Made by a program: the position numbers and the translations under genes
DNA from: an uncultured virus (IMG/VR IMGVR_UViG_3300021093_006163)
Lineage: Duplodnaviria > Heunggongvirae > Uroviricota > Caudoviricetes
Reading direction: 5' to 3' (one strand)
Length of the DNA: 64,000 bases
Virus record (IMG/VR): IMGVR_UViG_3300021093_006163
The notes under the pieces: model-generated
What the model saw: the letters and a program-made list of their open reading frames with translations, nothing else
Told to the model about the DNA's origin: nothing
Databases searched by the model: none
Part shown: in pieces, positions 58,068 to 64,000 of the stretch
Position numbering within the stretch: the stretch's first letter is position 1
How the letters are laid out: each line of letters starts with the position of its first letter

Positions 58068-58556
58068 CTAGAATTTTCCAGGCAACTTCTCAGCAAAAGC
58101 GAGAGATGCCCACTTTTCAGCGCTCTCTCCAAAAATATCTGTGGGATCACTTCTGAGCATTGCTTTTGCAGCTGCATCTCCAGCAGATGCAACCATTTGC
58201 TCGTGATTTGTCATTGATGTCGACTCATTCATCTGTCTATGCGCACCGCTTCTAGCAGTATCAGCAAAAATGTCTGCAAGAACAGGATCAGACGTCAAAG
58301 ATCTTGCAAGATTCTGATTTTGAATAGGCGATTGAGCTGCCTGACTTTGTCTAATTTCATTCTTACTAGGCAAAAAGCTAATTTTGTCAGCTATGTTTGT
58401 CCTTCGGACTGGTGCCGGAGGGTCTGCTTGTCTAGCTCGAGTCTGCACAGATTTGTTTTCATTTATTGAATGCGATGTCTCATTCAATCCTTCCGATAGA
58501 ATCTCGACCAAACACTCCTTAACAAGACCTTTTAAATCATGCCTTGTCATTTTCAT
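58068..58556 (-). CDS. hypothetical protein (head module)
   Basis: LKGLVKECLVEILSE helix; LNE/INE/MNE sites. Confidence 0.7.
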   Translation of the reverse strand: MKMTRHDLKGLVKECLVEILSEGLNETSHSINENKSVQTRARQADPPAPVRRTNIADKISFLPSKNEIRQSQAAQSPIQNQNLARSLTSDPVLADIFADTARSGAHRQMNESTSMTNHEQMVASAGDAAAKAMLRSDPTDIFGESAEKWASLAFAEKLPGKF

Positions 58557-58559
58557 GGT

Positions 58560-59165
58560 TCACTTCCAAGCCTTTATGTCATTGAAAATTCTATTAATTC
58601 TGTCCGATCTATTAAAGGTTGCACGTAGGTCAGCTGGATTAATTAATCTAGACTCCTTAAGCATAAATGCACCGGGTGTGCTAGGCTCAGAAACTATATC
58701 AAAGCATATGAGCTGAAAATCTTCCTGAACAACAAGATTTCCACCTTGCTGCTTTGTAGATCCTACACCGCGACTTGATATTCCGAGAGTAACTCCGGAT
58801 TCAATGAGACTCTGCAGTATTTTTCCACTAGGAGTATCTAGAAGCTCAACAGCACCGTAGACAGTGTCACCTTCCATCCTGGCTTCTCTAACAATGTGAG
58901 AAGCGTTCTTTAGCTCAACAACTGACGTGTCTGGATGGTCGCATTCTCCGAGCGCACGATTTTCTTTTATAAATTTTTGATAATTTACAATTTCTCTTTC
59001 CAAAATTGGCTTTGGATAGATTCTTCCATTTTGGTTCAATGTATCAGAACGCTGGATCACACCTCTTAGAAAGATCTTTCCGTTGTTTTGAGACCTCGAC
59101 TCCTTGACAAGCGAGGGATTTATTGAAAGCGGCATCCACTCTGTCAACAAAGAAAGCGCGCTCAT
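58560..59165 (-). CDS. gp21: prohead protease (T4 gp21 family)
   Basis: NQNGRIYP, ALGECDHP, ASH, TPSGKI, GISSRGVGS, DIVSEPSTPGAF. Confidence 0.93.
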   Translation of the reverse strand: MSALSLLTEWMPLSINPSLVKESRSQNNGKIFLRGVIQRSDTLNQNGRIYPKPILEREIVNYQKFIKENRALGECDHPDTSVVELKNASHIVREARMEGDTVYGAVELLDTPSGKILQSLIESGVTLGISSRGVGSTKQQGGNLVVQEDFQLICFDIVSEPSTPGAFMLKESRLINPADLRATFNRSDRINRIFNDIKAWK

Positions 59166-60022
59166 TTTTCCTCCCTGGACTCTTCAATGAGCTGTGCAAG
59201 AGTCATAAGCTTTCCAAGATTATCATCATTCAGTATTTTAATGTCAAGAAACTCAACTTTTCTTCTAACATCTTTCAGATTTTCTTGGATAATTTGATTT
59301 TTTTCTGATTTTTCTAAAACTTCGAGACAAATCAAAGAATTTGACTTAATCTTCTGTGCTCTATCAATCATGTTCTGCGTTGGGCCCGCTGCTGTGTCAA
59401 GCATGACATAGTCTCTGATCAGGCTTCTCTGATCCTCAGTTAGCCTACCCATATACTTCTTGTTAAATTTCTCGTTCAAGATCTTCACTACAAGAGTATC
59501 AATAGGAGTTTCTGGATTCTCAAGCGTTATAGGCTCAATTTTTTCGCTCTTTAGCATCTCAACAAGCTTTGTTTCAACAAGCAGAGTCTTAGAGAGGTCA
59601 GATCTGTCACCTAGCGACCACTCGTTCAAGGCTATTTGAATTGTTGCGAGATCTCTATAGTTTGATATTCTCCTGTGAAAGAATAGATCATCATTAAGCC
59701 TGTGATTAATATCTCTTATGAGTAAAGATTTTTCCCTGTCAAGCTTGGCATGATCAATTCTTTTGGCAGCTGATTTAGTTTCAGTCAAGATTACGGCTGA
59801 GACAGCAGAATCGGATACACGAGTCTTTGAAAGAGCGTTAAAAAGCCTGAATTCCTTGAATAGCTCTGTATCTTTCGAAAATCTCTGAGCGATGATGTCA
59901 AGCGCTATCTGCGCTTTTTGCTTGTCGCCTTCAATTAAATACGAGGAAACAGAGCGTAGCAATAGCTCATAAACTATTCCAACATTTCTTTTTTTATTGT
60001 GATTTATCAATGATTGATTCAT
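59162..60022 (-). CDS. conserved hypothetical protein between portal and protease
   Basis: HNKKRNVGIVYELL N-terminus; ATGA coupling on both sides. Confidence 0.75.
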   Translation of the reverse strand: MNQSLINHNKKRNVGIVYELLLRSVSSYLIEGDKQKAQIALDIIAQRFSKDTELFKEFRLFNALSKTRVSDSAVSAVILTETKSAAKRIDHAKLDREKSLLIRDINHRLNDDLFFHRRISNYRDLATIQIALNEWSLGDRSDLSKTLLVETKLVEMLKSEKIEPITLENPETPIDTLVVKILNEKFNKKYMGRLTEDQRSLIRDYVMLDTAAGPTQNMIDRAQKIKSNSLICLEVLEKSEKNQIIQENLKDVRRKVEFLDIKILNDDNLGKLMTLAQLIEESREEK

Positions 60023-62040
60023 GTTTCCTCCTCTGGCGTATTTGACGCAGAGATTGTGTTCCCTAATGATCTAATTATTCCCTCGACCTCAAGATCGCTT
60101 CTCTCGATTTGACCAATTTTTCTAGAAAGATAGTTTTCAACAAATTCATCATTTTCTGAAAGATCTGGCTTGTGGGCATTCTTAAGCGGGTTGATCAGGT
60201 CTTGCTTTTCTCCAAATGGATGTGCAATTGAATCTCTTGGATCTTTCTTGTCAGATCTTACCATGTCATGGTGATGTGTTCTGGTGCCAATTGTTCCAAC
60301 AGGCTTTCTTCTAGACTTGTTGTATATCTCTCTTTCTGCATAATTAGGACCAATCTTTGTTTTTTCGTCGAGCAAGCTTCGAACTGACGGTTCTTTTCTT
60401 GTCAATCCAGAAAAAGCTCTAACTGGTAGTCCCTTAGCTGCAGCTATTTTTGAAAAATCAACATTTTCCTCATCTTCAAGCTCAGTAACCACTGGGAGTC
60501 GGTCTTGATTTCTAGAGTCGCTAGCTGTCAAAGGGCCAGGCTCTTCAGATCCAAGCTCGAGACTTCCAGTCGGCTCAGCGCCTGGCTCCTCTTCACCACC
60601 GGATTCTCCTTCCGCGCCTGGTCCCTTCTCTGGTTCGGGAAGCTTTACTGCTTCTATCTTGAGTGAAAATTCCTTATCCTGAATGATGCTCTTCTCAATT
60701 TCAGAAATCTCTTCATCAGGCATCATGAACACATTTTTTCTTATCCAGTCCATGCTTACAAGGTTTTCAATATTCTTTGCTGCCTGGGCAATTGTAAATT
60801 TTGTGTTGTAGAGCTCAAGCTTTTGCTGTTGCGCAATCGTTGAGGGGTTTGTGAGCTTGAGTTCGAAATCGAGAAGATCGTGACCATCAAAGCCATTACA
60901 GTAAAGATGAACGATTGCAAGCTTGTTAAGTTCAGAAACTATGGTTCTTTGAATTCTATTGATGGACCTTGAAAACCTGATGTCTTCCTGCGAAAGAGTA
61001 GCCTTGGCACCCAGACCCTCATCGTATCCAAGATATGCCTTTGGAATCTTGAGTGCTGCAAAGAGCTTCTTTTGGATGTATTGAACATCCTCAATTGCAG
61101 CTGCATTTTGTCCTCCAGCAAGATTATCAACCTTTGTACCTGTTTGACCGCCTCTGACTGGAATGAAGTAGTCCTCATCAACAGACATCGGATTGTATCT
61201 CAGATCAACTCTTCCCGTTGACCTATCAATAACTTGGCTCTTTTTGAGTGTAGCCTGAGCCTGCTCCATGTAGTTTGGAATTTCTTCCGGTGGAACATTT
61301 CCAACATCAACGTAGAAAACTCGACGATCCGGTGCTCTTACAATTCTATAGACTAACATTGCATCTTCGACAAGAATCATCTGACGCCAGATCCTTCTTG
61401 CTGCCTCAAGAACAGATGTTCCATATGGCAAGAAGGCATCATTTCCAAGCAACCTGAAATGTGACACTTGCCAGTTCTGAAGTGTTTGATTTCCCTGCGT
61501 TACCCACCGATATCTAACCGCTAGTGGATCATTCTTATCAAATCCCTCTTCACGCTCGATCTCGTTGACTGCAATAGGAAAAACATTTATAACACCGTGT
61601 TCAGGAGAAACGTCATTAAAAAGAAAGAAGTCTCCGTACTTGCACATATTTCTGACCCACGACGTCATATTGAAGTTGACGTTTAGTGTGTCAAAGAATA
61701 ATTCGTTAAGCAACCTCTGAATTTGAGCATTTTCAGAATAAATGTGTAGAACATTTCCCTTGTCGTCTGGCGAGACTGATTCTTCAGAGTAAATGTCAAG
61801 TGCGCTCGCGATTTCAGGAGTGTATTCCATCTCTTGAAAATCTGAGTACCTTGCCATTCTATCATAGGCGCCGTAGGCACTCATGGCTGTACTGTAGACG
61901 TTGCTCTGCGTTTTTCTGAAAAGCTCATATGCTGATGAGCTTGCCTCGCTAGGCTTGTACTCTCTTACTCTTCTCTTAACGACTGGTCCGCTTCTGAAGA
62001 GCGTAGTCAGTCGACCGAAGATGTTTTCATTTTTTGCCAT
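60019..62040 (-). CDS. gp20: portal protein (T4 gp20 family), likely start MAKNEN
   Basis: PEIASALDIY, EDAMLVYRIVRAPDRRVFYVDVGN, EDYFIPVR, KKLFAALKIPK, EDIRF. Confidence 0.95.
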   Translation of the reverse strand: MAKNENIFGRLTTLFRSGPVVKRRVREYKPSEASSSAYELFRKTQSNVYSTAMSAYGAYDRMARYSDFQEMEYTPEIASALDIYSEESVSPDDKGNVLHIYSENAQIQRLLNELFFDTLNVNFNMTSWVRNMCKYGDFFLFNDVSPEHGVINVFPIAVNEIEREEGFDKNDPLAVRYRWVTQGNQTLQNWQVSHFRLLGNDAFLPYGTSVLEAARRIWRQMILVEDAMLVYRIVRAPDRRVFYVDVGNVPPEEIPNYMEQAQATLKKSQVIDRSTGRVDLRYNPMSVDEDYFIPVRGGQTGTKVDNLAGGQNAAAIEDVQYIQKKLFAALKIPKAYLGYDEGLGAKATLSQEDIRFSRSINRIQRTIVSELNKLAIVHLYCNGFDGHDLLDFELKLTNPSTIAQQQKLELYNTKFTIAQAAKNIENLVSMDWIRKNVFMMPDEEISEIEKSIIQDKEFSLKIEAVKLPEPEKGPGAEGESGGEEEPGAEPTGSLELGSEEPGPLTASDSRNQDRLPVVTELEDEENVDFSKIAAAKGLPVRAFSGLTRKEPSVRSLLDEKTKIGPNYAEREIYNKSRRKPVGTIGTRTHHHDMVRSDKKDPRDSIAHPFGEKQDLINPLKNAHKPDLSENDEFVENYLSRKIGQIERSDLEVEGIIRSLGNTISASNTPEEET

Positions 62041-62041
62041 T

Positions 62042-63652
62042 TTATCCTCTATAGACCCACGCAAATTCTGGTGGTATCATTCCCGGTTGTGATCTTTTTC
62101 CGCCTGTAACCAGATCTCTCTTGGCTTGAACATTTTTTATGTGTTCATTATTCATAATACTATTCGAGGCACCGTTAAAGTGATTAGTATTGACTGACAT
62201 TCCTGCCAGCATTGCTTTGTTTATTGCTCCTGAATCTCTAGAGTGCTCAGATGATGCATCGTACAGCCATGCTCCAATAGCGAGAGACATAACAAGGTCG
62301 TCATTCTCTCCCTTCATTGCAGCAACTCGATTATCTTGCCAGACGAAAGTCTTTAGTTCGTCATAGAATCTCGAAGAATAGGTTATTAGAAGCTTGTTTC
62401 TTATAAGCTCCTCAAGCTTTGTCAAAATAAGGCCGCGTGTCTTTCCGCTTGTGTTAAATCCGGCAGACTCAGTATTTCCTGGAGGAACATAATCTCCAAT
62501 GTAGACCGCGTTGCTCTTTTGATAATACATTCTCGGATAGTTCAGATCTCGAAGTCGAATGATTGTCGCATATCCGTATGTGTTATTTTCTGGGCAGAGA
62601 AGTGCCTTATTATACAACAATCCGTATTCACACAGGAGATCACCAAAACGGTCTGGGGCAATCTTTCCTTTGTACTCTGCTACGATCTCTCCGGTCGTTA
62701 GATCTATGATGTGAAATGTGGAATAATCTTTTCCGTCGCCTCTTGAGACGTCGGCTGATATCAGGTATTTGTTCTCAGAAAGCGGGTACTTCCAGACCCA
62801 AACGTTCCTGTCAAATCCCTTTCTCTCTATTGGATTCTTGATATTGTTGAAAACCCACTTCAGCTCATCATCTCCTAGAAATGTCTCACCAGAAGATGCA
62901 AAATCGCACAGGAGCTCCTGTGCGATCTGTCGTGGGGACATGTTTCTTGTCTCTTTTTCAAACCATTCCTGATCTCTCTCGGGATGAACATCCCAGTTCA
63001 GCTTAATTGCTTTGAACTCGTTGATACCAGACTCAGCCTCCTTATAAAGCTTGTAGTATTGTCCACCAACTCCGTTAGGGGTTGAAAGAACAATTGCACG
63101 ACCTCCTGTGGACAGAGTAGGGTAGAGACCAGTCCAGAGCTCATCAAAGTTCTTAACGAAAGCAGCCTCATCAACAATTAGAAGTGATAGAGACTCAGAT
63201 CGGCCTGCATCATCAGATGTTGGAATTGCTTTAATAGAGGATCCATGGCTGAATTCTACAAATTGCTTATTATCAGCAACTATCTGCGGAAGCATCAGCC
63301 AAGGCGGTAAGTTTCGAAGTATAGTTTTTGTTTTCTTTATGAAGTTCTGTGCCACCTGAAGCTTTGTGGCAATAATGAGAATATTTTTGTCTTTTTGGAA
63401 GAGTGCAAGCCATACTGCATAGGCAGCGACAAGCGTTGACAGTCCAAGCTGTCTTCCCTTAACAACAACAGTGAATCTATTTTCTATAAAGCCTCTGACG
63501 CATTCGTCCTGGAATTGATACGTCTTAAACGGGAGCAATCCCTTGGTTGGGTGCTGAATCTTAACATACATGTTGAAAAAATAGATTGGGTCCTTTCCGC
63601 ACCTTATTATTTCCTGAACTTGACGCTGTTTGTTAGGTGCTTGTGTGGACAC
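62042..63652 (-). CDS. gp17: terminase large subunit (T4 gp17 family)
   Basis: DPIYF, KGRQLGLST, LIVDEAAF, LSTPNG, ADVSRG...DYS, DDLVMSLA. Confidence 0.95.
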   Translation of the reverse strand: MSTQAPNKQRQVQEIIRCGKDPIYFFNMYVKIQHPTKGLLPFKTYQFQDECVRGFIENRFTVVVKGRQLGLSTLVAAYAVWLALFQKDKNILIIATKLQVAQNFIKKTKTILRNLPPWLMLPQIVADNKQFVEFSHGSSIKAIPTSDDAGRSESLSLLIVDEAAFVKNFDELWTGLYPTLSTGGRAIVLSTPNGVGGQYYKLYKEAESGINEFKAIKLNWDVHPERDQEWFEKETRNMSPRQIAQELLCDFASSGETFLGDDELKWVFNNIKNPIERKGFDRNVWVWKYPLSENKYLISADVSRGDGKDYSTFHIIDLTTGEIVAEYKGKIAPDRFGDLLCEYGLLYNKALLCPENNTYGYATIIRLRDLNYPRMYYQKSNAVYIGDYVPPGNTESAGFNTSGKTRGLILTKLEELIRNKLLITYSSRFYDELKTFVWQDNRVAAMKGENDDLVMSLAIGAWLYDASSEHSRDSGAINKAMLAGMSVNTNHFNGASNSIMNNEHIKNVQAKRDLVTGGKRSQPGMIPPEFAWVYRG

Positions 63653-64000
63653 TAATCACCAATTCTAAATGAAGTCTTTCTCCGATAGTAAGCTGTGCGC
63701 TTTGGATTGTGAGGAGACATTGAGATCATCTCAACAGAATCGTCTGAGCCTATTTCTTTTAGTTTTAGACTTTTTCCAGTCGACTCCTTGAAAGACTTCT
63801 CAAGATTCTTGACAAACTGCTTAAGCATCTCAACCGACTCTCTCTCTTGCTCTCTGACTTGGTCTCTTGGGTTTATTCCCATGACAATGTTTGTAATCGT
63901 AGTGTATGTCAGAGTGATTACGTCGCCCTGCATTGTGTGCTTGATGGAGCACGTAGGCGAGACAGAAGTTGAAGTTCCGCCCCACGTCGTATTAAGAATC
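63652..64000 (-). CDS. hypothetical protein, 5' end outside window
   Basis: Frame stays open upstream of 63933 to the window edge (ILNTTWGGTSTS...). Confidence 0.65.
   Translation of the reverse strand, partial: ILNTTWGGTSTSVSPTCSIKHTMQGDVITLTYTTITNIVMGINPRDQVREQERESVEMLKQFVKNLEKSFKESTGKSLKLKEIGSDDSVEMISMSPHNPKRTAYYRRKTSFRIGD

Noticed and set aside
40..62972. Many plus-strand ORFs in the track, e.g. 5685..6293, 8086..8751, 17480..18532
   Set aside because: They lie antisense to well-supported minus-strand genes, show no recognisable motifs, and are expected shadows of biased codon usage.
1..64000. tRNA, rRNA genes or CRISPR arrays
   Set aside because: Intergenic gaps are short and none showed a cloverleaf or repeat-spacer pattern by eye; tRNAscan-SE and a CRISPR finder were not run.

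Overview
This window is a 64-kb piece of a large T4-like (myovirus-type, probably jumbo) phage genome. It uses the standard genetic code and essentially all real genes lie on the minus strand. About 28-64 kb is the morphogenesis module: terminase, portal, prohead protease, scaffold, major capsid, neck proteins, two tail sheaths, tube, tail chaperone with a frameshift site, tape measure and baseplate. About 1-28 kb covers replication and nucleotide metabolism: minimal family-A polymerase, SSB, RecA, 5'-3' exonuclease, DnaB, class II RNR, ClpP, GSII, two ThyX-family genes, two glycosylases, NTP pyrophosphatases, DnaE, a kinase/thymidylate-synthase-fold fusion, an epimerase and thymidine kinase. 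The most notable observations are: (1) a fractured dnaB with an atypically split intein around a free-standing endonuclease; (2) a dnaE whose conserved N-terminus is cut off by a short stop-containing out-of-frame segment; (3) a pyrimidine-metabolism cluster with three thymidylate-synthase-type genes that may make a non-canonical base; (4) an RNA-ligase/HIGH-NTase fusion plus a Pol-beta-like NTase among the head genes; (5) an ACG start on Fpg and two structured mRNA leaders. All assignments come from reading motifs by eye; no database searches or folding programs were run.
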